Part shown: piece after piece, positions 9,771 to 19,608 of the stretch | Layout: the number at the start of each line of letters is the position of its first letter | How positions within the stretch are numbered: position 1 is the first letter of the stretch | Assembly: GCA_052387955.1 (NCBI GenBank) | Contig: JBQTIQ010000018.1 | Location: forward strand, 1,994-65,993 | DNA length: 64,000 nt | From: Acidimicrobiia bacterium | Lineage (GTDB): Bacteria > Actinomycetota > Acidimicrobiia > Acidimicrobiales > JACDCH01 | Direction of reading: 5' to 3' | Notes under the pieces: generated by a model | Database searches by the model: none | Seen by the model: the letters and a program-made list of their open reading frames with translations, nothing else | What the model was told of the DNA's origin: nothing | Made by a program: the position numbers and the translations under genes

Positions 9771-11455
9771 CCGTCGACGCCCTGTCCGCCGAGCCGGACC
9801 GACGCGGCACGCTGCGGCGGACATGGCCCCTGCTGGCCCCGCACCGGTGGCTCCTCCTCGCCGCGTGCGGGGCATCGCTCGGCGCGACCATGGCCGAGCT
9901 CGCTGGCCCGGTGCTCGACGGGGTCGCCGTCGACCCGGCCGTCGCCGGCGACCGGTCGCAGCTCGGTCGCGTCGCGATCGCGTACGCGGTCGTGAGCCTG
10001 GGACTGCTCGTGCTGCAACGAGCGCGCCGACGTTCGGCTGCCGCCGCCGGCGAGGCATTCCTCGCCGACGTGCGGGCGAACGTCGGCGAACGACTCCTGG
10101 CCCGTCCGCTGGCCTTCTTCGACCGGCACGCCACCGGCGAGCTCGTCGCCCGCTCGACGAGCGACGTCGAGGCCCTGTCGCGGTTCGTACGCAACGGCCT
10201 CCCCGGGCTCGTCGACGCCGTGCTGCTGCTCGGCGTGACCGCCGCCGTGCTGTTCGCGACGTCGTGGCAGCTCGCGCTCGTGAGCCTCCTGTACCTGCCG
10301 CCCTCGGCGGTGGCCGTGGCGCGCTTCCGCCGGGCGTCGGGCCCGGCCTACGCCTCCCTCGCGCAGGCGAGGTCGGCCAGCGGGGCGGCGATCGGCGAGA
10401 CGCTCGCCGCCCGCCCCCTGCTCCAAGGCGTCGCTGCCACCTCGCCGTGGGCGGGGCGGGTCGCGGCGGTCGACCGCGGCCTGCTCGCCGCCAACGACGA
10501 CGCCCTCCGCGCCGACAACCGCCTCTCGGTCCTCGGGCTCTGCCAGCAGGTCACCCTGGCGCTGCTCGTGCTCGCCGGCGGCGCCCTCGTCGACCGCGGC
10601 ACCGTCAGCGTCGGCGTCGTCGCCACCTTCGCCCTGGCCGTGCGCCAGCTCTTCGCCCCGCTCGAGTCGCTGTCGTGGCTCTACGGCGACGCCCAGGAGG
10701 CACGCGCCAACCTCGCCCGCGTCCTCGAGCTCCTCGACGGACCCGAGCTGCCCGCCCCCGCCGAGCTCCACGGCGCGCTGCTGGCGGGCCCGGCGATCGA
10801 CGCCGTCGGCGTCCGCTACCGCTACGACGACGGCCCGGCAGCCCTCGACGGCGTCGACCTGCGGATCGCCGCCGGCGAACGGGTCGCCCTCGTCGGCGAG
10901 ACCGGCTCCGGCAAGTCGACCCTCGCCAAGGTCGTCGCCGGGCTGCTGGCGCCCGACGCCGGCGACGTGCGCATCGGCGGGCGACCGCTCGGGGACTGGC
11001 CGGTGGCCGACCTGCGCCGGGCCGTCGCGCTCCTGCCCCAGGAGGGCCACGTCGTGGCCGGCACGCTCGCCGACAACCTCCGCCTGGTGCCCGGCGAGCA
11101 CACCGACGCCGAGCTCGACGCCGCCGTCGACCGCGCCGGGCTGCGCCGGTGGGCCGACCGGCTGCCCCACGGGCTCGGCACACGGCTCGCCGACCGCGGC
11201 GCCAACCTCTCCGCCGGCGAGCGCCAGCTCGTCGCCCTCGCACGGGCCGCCCTCGCCGACCCCGCCGTGCTCGTCCTCGACGAGGCCACCGCCGACGTCG
11301 ACCCGGCGACCGAGGCGCTTATCGCCGACGCCCTCGACCAACTCACCGTCGGGCGCACCGTCCTCGTCGTCGCCCACCGCCCGGCGACCGCGGCGCGGTG
11401 CGATCGGACCGTGCGGCTGCACGCGGGTCGAGTCTGTCAAGTTGACCTAACGTAG
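9767..11455 (+). CDS. ABC transporter, fused TMD-NBD (exporter fold), subunit B
   Basis: GTGA overlap at 9767. Motifs GETGSGKST, LSAGERQL and LVLDEATADVD. It pairs with the preceding gene as a heterodimer. Confidence 0.8.
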   Translation: MTVDALSAEPDRRGTLRRTWPLLAPHRWLLLAACGASLGATMAELAGPVLDGVAVDPAVAGDRSQLGRVAIAYAVVSLGLLVLQRARRRSAAAAGEAFLADVRANVGERLLARPLAFFDRHATGELVARSTSDVEALSRFVRNGLPGLVDAVLLLGVTAAVLFATSWQLALVSLLYLPPSAVAVARFRRASGPAYASLAQARSASGAAIGETLAARPLLQGVAATSPWAGRVAAVDRGLLAANDDALRADNRLSVLGLCQQVTLALLVLAGGALVDRGTVSVGVVATFALAVRQLFAPLESLSWLYGDAQEARANLARVLELLDGPELPAPAELHGALLAGPAIDAVGVRYRYDDGPAALDGVDLRIAAGERVALVGETGSGKSTLAKVVAGLLAPDAGDVRIGGRPLGDWPVADLRRAVALLPQEGHVVAGTLADNLRLVPGEHTDAELDAAVDRAGLRRWADRLPHGLGTRLADRGANLSAGERQLVALARAALADPAVLVLDEATADVDPATEALIADALDQLTVGRTVLVVAHRPATAARCDRTVRLHAGRVCQVDLT

Positions 11456-11701
11456 ATAAGTTGTTAAGCCTTACAGTCGTGCGGGACCGATCGACGCCCG
11501 GCCTCTGGGTCCGGCGGTGCGCCGGTTGCGAGACCTGCGACTTCGACGTCGCCGTCGGAAGCGAGGCGCTGCTCGGGCCGGGGGCATGGCGTTGCCGCCG
11601 CTGCGGCGCACCGTCCTGGACCCCGGCGCGGTTCCCGCTCCCGGCCGCCCCGTGCGCGGGCGGCCATGTCCCCGCCTGACCGCCCAGAAGAACGGACCAC
11701 C

Positions 11702-12757
11702 ATGCCTCCCATCCCCCGACGCGCGTTCCTCCTCGGCGGCTCGGCCGCCCTCCTCGCCGCCGCCGGCTGCGGCGGCGGGCGCGATGACGGCGCGGCGTCG
11801 GCTTCGTCGCCGGTGGCCGCGTCCGGCACCGACGACGCCCCGGTGACCGTCGAGCACCGGTACGGCTCGACGACGATCGAGGCGCCGCCGCAACGGGTGT
11901 TCGCCGCCGGCTACACCGACGTCGACCCCGTCCTCGCGCTCGGCGCGCAGCCGGTGGGGTTCATCGACTGGTACGGCGACTACCCCAAGGCCGACATCCG
12001 CGACGGCCTGTGGCCGTGGGCGCACGGGCTCGGCGCCGGCGACATCGCCGTGCTCCCCCGGCCGGAAGACGACGTCCTCGACATCGAGGCGATCGCCGCC
12101 CTCCGTCCCGACCTCGTCGTGGCCCAGTACTCGGCGATGACCGAGCGGGAGTACGACACGCTCTCGGAGATCGCCGCCGTCGTCGCGCAGGCACCGGACT
12201 TCGAGGACTACCAGGCGCCGTGGGACGTGACCACCGAGCGCATCGGCCGCGCCCTGCACCGGTCCGCCCGGGCCGACGAGCTCGTCGCCGGGGTGAAGGA
12301 GCGCTTCGCCGAGGCCCGCGCCGCGCATCCCGAGTTCTCGGGACGCACGGCGCTGCTCGTCGACTACGCCGGCGGCGTCATCTACGCCCGCGGGCCCGAG
12401 GAGCCCCACGGCAAGGTGCTCGCCGAGCTCGGCTTCGACTACCCCGCCGACATCGAGGCCCTCATCCCCTCGGACACCGTGCTGGCCGAGCTCAGCCTCG
12501 AGCAGCTCGAGCTCCTCGACGGGGTCGACGTCGTGCTGGTCGGCGACTTCGAGGGCGCCGGTGAGCTCCAGGCGAACCCCCTGTACCAGGCCCTCGACGT
12601 CGTTGCGCAGGGCCGGGTCGTCCCGGGCGTCGAGCCCATCGAGGGCGCCCTGTACTGGGCCAGCGTGCTCAGCCTGCCCTACGCCATCGAGCGGCTCGTC
12701 CCGATGCTCGCCGCCGCCGTCGACGGCGACCCGTCCACGCCGGTCCCCGTCCCGTGA
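11702..12757 (+). CDS. Third iron-siderophore substrate-binding lipoprotein
   Basis: TAT/lipobox signal PRRAFLLGGSAALLAAAGCGGG, plus QRVFAAGYTDVD, DLVVAQY and NPLYQALDVVAQGRV. Confidence 0.8.
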   Translation: MPPIPRRAFLLGGSAALLAAAGCGGGRDDGAASASSPVAASGTDDAPVTVEHRYGSTTIEAPPQRVFAAGYTDVDPVLALGAQPVGFIDWYGDYPKADIRDGLWPWAHGLGAGDIAVLPRPEDDVLDIEAIAALRPDLVVAQYSAMTEREYDTLSEIAAVVAQAPDFEDYQAPWDVTTERIGRALHRSARADELVAGVKERFAEARAAHPEFSGRTALLVDYAGGVIYARGPEEPHGKVLAELGFDYPADIEALIPSDTVLAELSLEQLELLDGVDVVLVGDFEGAGELQANPLYQALDVVAQGRVVPGVEPIEGALYWASVLSLPYAIERLVPMLAAAVDGDPSTPVPVP

Positions 12758-12935
12758 ACCGCGGCTGACGGCGACGATCGCCCACGCCCTGCCCGAGGTG
12801 CGGCTGCGGCGGCGCCCGGCGACGCCACGCTGCTCGAGGTCGCCCGGGTCGAGGCCCGCCCGACGGCGTCGTGACGCCGTGCGCCCAAGGTTGCGGTGTC
12901 GCGCGCGCGTGCCGGCTGCTGGCAGGCACGAGACG

Positions 12936-13472
12936 TCACGGTCCGGGTCCGAGCCGGTCGGCGAGACGGCTGAGCGCCCGCTTCTGGGCCGCCTTCACGG
13001 CCGTCGCTGGGCGGTGGACGATGCGGGCGACCTCGGCGGTGGACAGGTCGGCGACGAAGCGGAGCACGACGACCTGCCGCTGGAGCGGGCTCAGCTCGTG
13101 GAGGGCTGCGACCAGCGCAGGATCGAGGGTGTCGGTCCGGTCGTGGGCGGCCGGCTCGGGAAGCTCGCCGTCGGCCGGCTGTGGCCGGACCCGGCGCCGG
13201 CGGCCGTCGTCGACGAGGCGGTGGTGGGCCACGGTGAACACCCAGCGCCGCAGGGCCCGGTCGTCACCCTGGAAGCGGTGCAGGTCGCGCGCGACCTGGA
13301 CGAAGACCTCGCCGAGCAGGTCCTCGGGCTCGGGAGCGCGTTGGGCTCGCAGGTAGCCGAGGACCGCCGGCGCCAGGCTGCGGTACACGGCGCCGGCGCC
13401 GGGCAGGTCGTGCAGCTCTGCGGGGTCGTCGATGACGAGCCTGGCCGTGGTCGACGCAGCCAGCCCGCTCAC
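12936..13472 (-). CDS. ECF-type RNA polymerase sigma factor
   Basis: Region 2 (LLGEVFVQVARDLHRFQGDDRALRRWVFTVAHHRLVD) and region 4 HTH (LSPLQRQVVVLRFVADLSTAEVARIVHRPATAVKAAQKRALSRL). The GTG start overlaps the upstream stop (GTGA). Confidence 0.8.
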   Translation of the reverse strand: MSGLAASTTARLVIDDPAELHDLPGAGAVYRSLAPAVLGYLRAQRAPEPEDLLGEVFVQVARDLHRFQGDDRALRRWVFTVAHHRLVDDGRRRRVRPQPADGELPEPAAHDRTDTLDPALVAALHELSPLQRQVVVLRFVADLSTAEVARIVHRPATAVKAAQKRALSRLADRLGPGP

Positions 13473-14269
13473 CCTCCGGGGACACCGTCCGGCGGACCCG
13501 TCGGCGTGCCGTCCGGCGGACCCGTCGGCGTGCCCTCGGGCGCACCGGCAGGCGTGCCCTCGGGCGGGCCGGTCGGCGTGCCCTCGGGCGGGCCGGTCGG
13601 CGTGCCCTCCGGCGGACCGGTCTCGGCCTGCGCCTCGGTGCCACCGACGTCCCCTTCGCCGTCCTCACCGCCGCAGGCCGCCCGCTGCTCGGCGAGCTGG
13701 CGGGCTTCGTCGGCCCGGGGCGAGGGGATCACACCGGCCCCCGGATCGGCCTCCTCGGCGGGCAACTCGGCGAAGGGCGGCGGACCGGCGCAACCCTCGG
13801 CCACGCCCGGCGGGATGCCCTCGGGCGGACCCTCGTCGTCTGCGTCGCCTTCCTCGGCATCGTCGCGCTCCTCATCGGCAGGGCAGTTCTCGGCCCGCCA
13901 CACCTCGAAGGCCTCGGCCTCGGCCGCCCGGTTGGCCTCCTGCTCCTCCTCGGTGTCGCCCTCCGGCTCCGTGCCCGCGAAGGGAGGCGGTCCGGTGCAC
14001 GACAGCTCGCCGCCGCCGGGACCCGGGTCCTCGGGCGTCTGGGCGGGTCCGACGTCGGTCGGCTGCGAGTCGTCGCCGAAGGCCACCGCTGCGGCCGGAA
14101 CGGCCACCGCCAGCAGCGCGGCGGCGACGGCGACGGCCGGGGTCCAACGGGTCCGCCGGGCCGGCGCGACCGCGGCGAGCTCGGCGACGTGCCGGGCGGC
14201 GGTGCTGGGCTCGATGGGCGCGGTGCCGAGCCGGCGGAGGCGATCGGTGAGGTGGTCCTCGTGCTCCAT
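13469..14269 (-). CDS. Single-pass membrane protein, acidic Pro/Gly-rich ectodomain (putative anti-sigma-like partner)
   Basis: Short cytoplasmic N-terminus followed by the TM segment WTPAVAVAAALLAVAVPAAAVAF. The motif C(T/A)GPPPFA occurs twice, and the C-terminus has about six GPPEGTPT repeats. It is translationally coupled to the sigma gene. No zinc anti-sigma motif is seen. Confidence 0.45.
   Translation of the reverse strand: MEHEDHLTDRLRRLGTAPIEPSTAARHVAELAAVAPARRTRWTPAVAVAAALLAVAVPAAAVAFGDDSQPTDVGPAQTPEDPGPGGGELSCTGPPPFAGTEPEGDTEEEQEANRAAEAEAFEVWRAENCPADEERDDAEEGDADDEGPPEGIPPGVAEGCAGPPPFAELPAEEADPGAGVIPSPRADEARQLAEQRAACGGEDGEGDVGGTEAQAETGPPEGTPTGPPEGTPTGPPEGTPAGAPEGTPTGPPDGTPTGPPDGVPGG
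13487..13630. repeat. Six tandem 24-bp units (coding repeat GPPEGTPT)
   Basis: Units at 13487, 13511, 13535, 13559, 13583 and 13607. Units 4 and 5 are identical (ctcgggcgggccggtcggcgtgcc). Confidence 0.85.
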
Positions 14270-14753
14270 ACCTGGGTGAGCGCAGCGAGCGCCTCCGAGG
14301 AGACTCGCACAGCCGAAGCGCAGCGGTACCGGCTGGCGCCGCGAGTCCTGACGCTACGCCGGAAGTCGGGGCGTGCGGAGCACGACGGCGTCGAGGATGC
14401 GCACCGTCGGGGCCGGGACGATCGTGCCGAGCGCCGCCGCCATCTTCGTCGCCGCCGCGTCCCTCCCGCGGGTCAGCGGCAGCTCCTGACCTCAGATCGG
14501 TCCCGGGCTGTGTTCACCGGACTGGACGTCAACGGTCGTGGTGCAGCACCCGGCACCTCCGTCACGGGCGCGCCTGGAAGATCGGACCCACGCCCGACGT
14601 TTCCCCGGCGCGAAGCGGAGCGCGCCGCCATGAACCGCAGGCCGACGACCGCCGCCCCGACGTAGGCGGAGCCCTGCGCGACGCACGCTGTGCACACGTG
14701 GGGGACGATACAGACCGGCCGACCGTCCGTCTCGTCTCCGGAGCGCTGCCGCA

Positions 14754-16022
14754 GTGACACCATCGCCCGGTGCCGCGGTTGCGCCCACGACACTGGATCG
14801 GGTGGGTCACGACCACCACGGGCACGCCACGACCGACGAGCGCTCGCTCGTCGAGCGCCTCCGGGCGCTGGCGGCACGGAAGGTGTTGCTGGGGATGGTG
14901 CTCACCATCGCGCTGCTCACCGGGCTCGGCCTGCTGCTGCTCTGGCCGGGCAACGTCGAGCCGGTCACCACGCTGGAAGGCGAGAGCTTCTTCGGTGAAC
15001 GGGTCGAAGCCACCGTCGAGCAGGTCACCACGGAGGACTGCTCGTTCTCCCCGACGCCGGGCGAGTTCCTGTGCGACCTCATCGAGTTCGTCGTCACCAA
15101 CGGCACCCCCGACGGCGAACGGGGCGACCTCGAGTTCCCCCTCGGTGCCGGCGGCGCCCGCATCCAGGACGGCGACGAGCTCATCCTCAGCTACGCGTTC
15201 GACGCCCCGCCGGGCGCGCAGTTCCAGTTCAGCGACTTCCAGCGGTCGACGCCGATGCTCGTGCTCGCCGCGGCCTTCGCCGTCGTGGTCGTCGCCTTCG
15301 GGCGCTGGCGAGGGCTCTTCGCCATCATCGGCGTCGGCGTCAGCCTCGTCGTGCTCATCGCCTTCGTCCTTCCCGCCCTCCTGGAAGGCTCCTCACCGCT
15401 GCTCGTCGCCCTCGTCGGCGCGTCCGCTGTCGCCCTACCGGCCCTCTACCTCGCCCATGGCGCCTCCGAGCGCACATCCGTCGCCGTCATCGGCACGGTG
15501 TCGAGCCTGCTGCTCACCTGCCTGCTCGGCGTCGTCTTCGTCGAGGCCACCCACCTCACGGGCCTCGTCAGCGACGAGGTCGGCTTCCTCCAGGCCTTCG
15601 GCGGCGACCTCGACTTCGAAGGCCTGCTGCTCGCCGGCATGGTGATCGGCGCGCTGGGTGTGCTCGACGACGTCACCGTCACGCAGGTCGCCGCGGTGTG
15701 GGAGCTGGCCGATGCGAGGCCCCGCGCCCGCGCCGCCGACCTGTACCGCGCCGGGGTCAGGATCGGGCGCGACCACATCGCCTCCACCGTCAACACCCTC
15801 GTCCTCGCCTATGCCGGTGCCTCGCTGCCGCTCCTGCTGCTGTTCGTCACCTCCGGCCGGCAACTCGGTCACGTCGTCACGACCGAGGCGATCGCCGTCG
15901 AGGTCGTCCGCGCCCTCGTCGGATCCATCGGGCTGGTCGCGTCGGTGCCGATCACGACCGGCCTCGCCGCGGCCGTCGTGACACGGGATCGGGCGCGATC
16001 GCGGGTGACCGCGTCGTCGTGA
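14754..16022 (+). CDS. YibE/F-family integral membrane protein
   Basis: One N-terminal TM helix, a soluble loop, then a multi-TM block ending in GVLDDVTVTQVAAVWEL....RIGRDHIASTVNTLVLAYAGASLPLLLLF, which is typical of YibE/F. The N-terminus is His-rich (GHDHHGH). The start (GTG 14754 or GTG 14802) is uncertain. Confidence 0.7.
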   Translation: MTPSPGAAVAPTTLDRVGHDHHGHATTDERSLVERLRALAARKVLLGMVLTIALLTGLGLLLLWPGNVEPVTTLEGESFFGERVEATVEQVTTEDCSFSPTPGEFLCDLIEFVVTNGTPDGERGDLEFPLGAGGARIQDGDELILSYAFDAPPGAQFQFSDFQRSTPMLVLAAAFAVVVVAFGRWRGLFAIIGVGVSLVVLIAFVLPALLEGSSPLLVALVGASAVALPALYLAHGASERTSVAVIGTVSSLLLTCLLGVVFVEATHLTGLVSDEVGFLQAFGGDLDFEGLLLAGMVIGALGVLDDVTVTQVAAVWELADARPRARAADLYRAGVRIGRDHIASTVNTLVLAYAGASLPLLLLFVTSGRQLGHVVTTEAIAVEVVRALVGSIGLVASVPITTGLAAAVVTRDRARSRVTASS

Positions 16023-16055
16023 AGCCCGCGGTCGGGCCGGGGCCTCGTCCCACCT

Positions 16056-19000
16056 CTACAGGGAGAGCTCCATCCCGTGATCGAGCTCGCGAAGACGGCG
16101 TCGCTCGATGCTTCGATGAACCTCGGCTGCCTGCTCGGCCGTACTGAGCCACCGGTCCGGGCCGTCGGGCCCGTCAGCACCGCCGAGTTGGAGAGCAGCG
16201 GCGACGACCGCTCGGGAGTCGACCGGCGCCGGGCGGGCCAGGCGGTCGAGGCGCTCTGCGACAGTCGGAGGGTGGGGGGCTCGGGCGTCGCCACGGTCCA
16301 GACGCGTCTCGATGTCCCAGGCGAGGCCGAGCCACGCATCGCGGGCGGCCGGGTGTGACGGCACGGTTCCGAGGCCGGCGACGAGGTGCGGGGCAGGTGC
16401 TCGTCCGGCCGCTATGGCTCGGAGTCGTTCGACGCGAGCGGCGGCGAGGGCGGCGTCGATGGCCTCCAGCGGGGGGTTCCGATGGGGGCCGGCCTCGCGT
16501 GCGAGATGGAGCCGGGCGGAGCGGAGGCGGTGAAGTCCGTGGGCGAGCGGGTCGTCTTGGTCGATGGCCAGAAGCACGGCTCGGGTCCAGTGCCTGCCGA
16601 GCTCGCCGTCGATGCGGGCGATCTCGTCGTGGCGCCACTGGTTCGTTCGCTCCCATCGGCGCCGCCGCTCGTCGCCGGCCGCCGCATCGCGAAGCTGGGC
16701 ACGGGCGTGGCAGAGGTCCTCCTGGATGTCGGTCAGGCGCACGTCGGCTCGATCGCGGGCGGTGATGGCAGTGAGGTGGCGCTCGCGGGTGGCGCGGCGC
16801 AGGTGTGGTCCGCGCGTCGCGCGCAGGTGCGCCTCGGCGCGCCGGAGCGCATCGGCGTTGCCCCGGGCGTCGCCCTCGAGACGATCCACGACGCCGGCGA
16901 GTCGCCGGTGGTCGTCACGGCGGTCGGGCGGTGCAGCGGCGAGCGCCGCTTCGTGTTCGGCCCGTTCGGCTCGCAGGCGCCGGTCGAGGACGTTCGGGTC
17001 GTCCCAGGCGGCGAAGGTCGTGTCAGGGACGCGGCCGGCGGCAGCCAGCACGATCTGGTCGGGGGTGCGGGGGTCGACGACGACGTTGCCGTGCGCCTCG
17101 GCGCTCGGGGTCGAGACCGTGTTCCAGGTGTGGGTCGGATACCGGCCGCGGGATTGCCCGACGTAGAGGGTGTTGCGGTCGAGGTTCGGGGTGGCGAGGA
17201 GGTGGACGTGGTCCCAGGTGCCGCCCTGGGCGCCGTCGATGGTCCGGGCCCAGGCGTGGGACACGTTCGGGGTGCCGTCGGGCCGGGCGCCGGCGACCAG
17301 CTCGCGTGACAGCAGCGCAGGGCGGCCGCCGTCGAGCACGACCCGCAGCCCGAGGCTGTCGACGGCCGTGACTTCGGCGGCGGTGCCGTTGTGGACCCGC
17401 TGGTCGCCGAGGCGCAGGTTGACATGCACGAGGATGCGGTCGCCGGCTGCGTAGCGGCGGTCGTCGGTGCCCCACGCGGGTCCGGTGACCTCGGGCCCAT
17501 GAATGCGCCCGAGGGCGTGGAGCTGGCGTCGGATGCGGTCGGCGAGGTCCTCGCAGTCGGCGTGCGACACGGCGAGGACGGCGACGTTGCTCGGGCCGTG
17601 GTCGCAGATGTCGACCACGGCGGCGGCGGCGAGCCGCTCCCGGGTCTCCTCGGGCGTGGGGAACGCGTGCTCCCAGCCGCGCGTGGCCCGGGTGGTCTGG
17701 CTGGCGGGGAGGTCACCGGCCCGGTAGGCGACCAGCGCAGCGCGTTCGTCGGCGTCACGTTGGCGGCGGTTGACCGTGAGGGTCGCGGTCCGGACCTGGC
17801 CGCGGTCGGCGAGGCGGTCGAGTTCATCGGCAAGCCCGCCGGGCGCGACTGGGCGGCCCTGCCGGTCATCCCCCAGGCACTACAGCGACGCGCCCGGTGT
17901 CGCGGCGACGGCGGCGAGGACGACAGCGGCGTCGCGGGTGGAGACTTGGGACACCTCGTCGAGCACGATCACCGACCCGGGCTCGAGGGTGCCGGCGCCG
18001 GGCTGCCAGCGGGCGATCGTGGAGGCGTCGAGGCCTGCGGCGCGGAGCTCGGCGACGGCCTTGTTGGTCGACGCCAACGCCACCACGTTTCGCCCCTCGC
18101 TGCGTACGGCGTCGGCGGCGGCGGCGGTGAGCGCGGTCTTGCCATGCCCCGCCGGGGCGAGCACCACGCGCAGCGCCGGGCCCGGCGCGCACAGGCCTCG
18201 ACCGCGGCCTGCTGGTCGGCGCCCAGCCTTGCGTCGCCTTGTGACGGTGTCCGTGTGGCGCCCGGGACGGTGCGGGCCTGGAGGCGGTCGAGGTCGACGA
18301 GGACCCGGTCCTCGAGCTGGCGGTGCTCGACGGTGGACCACTGCGGTGGGCGGCGTCGGTCCCGGCTGGTGAGCCGCACGACGTGATCAGTGGCGAGGAA
18401 CTCGGCGGCGAGCGCCTCGATCTCGCTCGTCGTCCAGCGCCCGGCCGACAGGGCGGCGACGCGTTCGACGACGTGGGCGTGCCCGAACCGGGCCCGGGTG
18501 GCGCACAGTCCCGTGTCGGGATCGATGAGCGCGGCGTGCAGGCGGTCCTGGTCGAGCGTGTCGTGTCGTGTCGGCGCGTGTCGCAACGTCCGCAGCAGGC
18601 GGGCGCCACGGGCGATGCCGGCCCGTGCCGCCTCGTCCTCCCACCGGCTCCGCAAGACATCCGGCGTGAGGGAATGGTCCTTGCGGTCCCTGGTCCTCAG
18701 CGATGCCCGATCGTCGGCGCGCATGCGCTCCTTCGCCGTCACCGCCTCGGGTCCCGCCTCCAGGGCGGTCTCGATCGCGACCGTGCGCTTCGAGAAGGCC
18801 CGCAGCTGGGCTCGGTCGAAGCCGACCAGCTCCCGACAACCGTTGCGCTCCGGTCCCCAGGTCACGCCGAGGCGGCTGGTGAGCTGGCGTTGCAGCTCGG
18901 CCTGGAACACCGTTCCCGACGCCTTCAACCACTCGTGGATCGGGCCGGCATCGACGGCCACATGCACGCCGTCTTCGCGCTCGACGAGATTGGGGACGAG

Positions 19001-19492
19001 GCAGTGCACGTGCAGCTGCGGGTCACCGGCCCGGCTGGTGCGGTGGGTGAACATCGCCGCCGCGAACCCATGGGTCCCGACCCTGCGCCGGACGCCGTCG
19101 ACCTGCCGGCGGGTCACCGCGGCGCGGACCTCGAGGAAGTCGACAGCCGTCGTCGCCGCCGCCGAAACACAAATGGACACCTCGGCGCTGGTCGCCGGAT
19201 CGCCGAAGGCCCACAGCAGCGATACCGACTTCGGAGCCGACAACGTCAGATCGAGCGCCTTCACGACCCGCTCCCGGTGCCCGGACAGCAGGTCGAACCC
19301 GAGGCCCGGGTGCCGGCCCTCGACCAGCGCCCGAAGGGCGTCTGCATCGACCGTGCCGACCAGGCCGAGGCGCTCTACCCACCGACCGTGCCACACCCCG
19401 GGCGCCTCCCCGGCGCCCATGAAGTAGTCCTCCACGCCGTCGGCGACCGAGCGCAGCAGGTATTCAGCACCGCGGAGCTTGGTGACGGTCAT
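16056..19492 (-). pseudogene. MobF/TraA-type conjugative relaxase-helicase, disrupted
   Basis: N-terminal TrwC relaxase domain (MTVTKLRGAEYLL, HRTSRAGDPQLHVHCLV). The P-loop helicase (VLAPAGHGKT) lies in a different frame, with the frameshift at about 18190-18215. An in-frame TAG at 17880-17882 sits just before LGDDRQ. The C-terminal helicase motif (TIDGAQGGTWDHVHLL, YVGQSRGR) is in ORF 16056..17618. Confidence 0.8.
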
Positions 19493-19608
19493 CACCGGAT
19501 CGGGACCGCCTGCGGGACTCTGACCGGGACGCCGCCGGGAGCCTGCCCGAAGGGCTGGCAAGTGTCTGCTGTTGTTGTGTCGGAGCTCGGGAAGTCGAGG
19601 GAGAACAT

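Noticed and set aside
8657-11440. Very long antisense ORFs. Examples: 8657..11440 (927 aa), 1965..3362, 4467..6113, 6676..8433, 20914..22083, 31247..32518, 33594..35621, 42402..43808, 46294..47646, 48569..49846, 51768..53339, and many Arg/Pro/Gly-rich ORFs in all frames.
   Set aside because: They lie opposite, or out of frame to, genes with clear family motifs. Their translations are low-complexity Arg/Gly/Pro/Ala strings typical of non-coding frames in very GC-rich DNA, and they lack any recognisable motif.
14270-14753. An unusually long (~480 bp) unassigned gap upstream of the YibE/F gene, inspected for a riboswitch, sRNA or gene remnant.
   Set aside because: Only short ORFs of 45 codons or fewer with no recognisable motifs were found, and I could not match any known riboswitch consensus. 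It is left unannotated. An Rfam or Infernal scan would be the decisive test.
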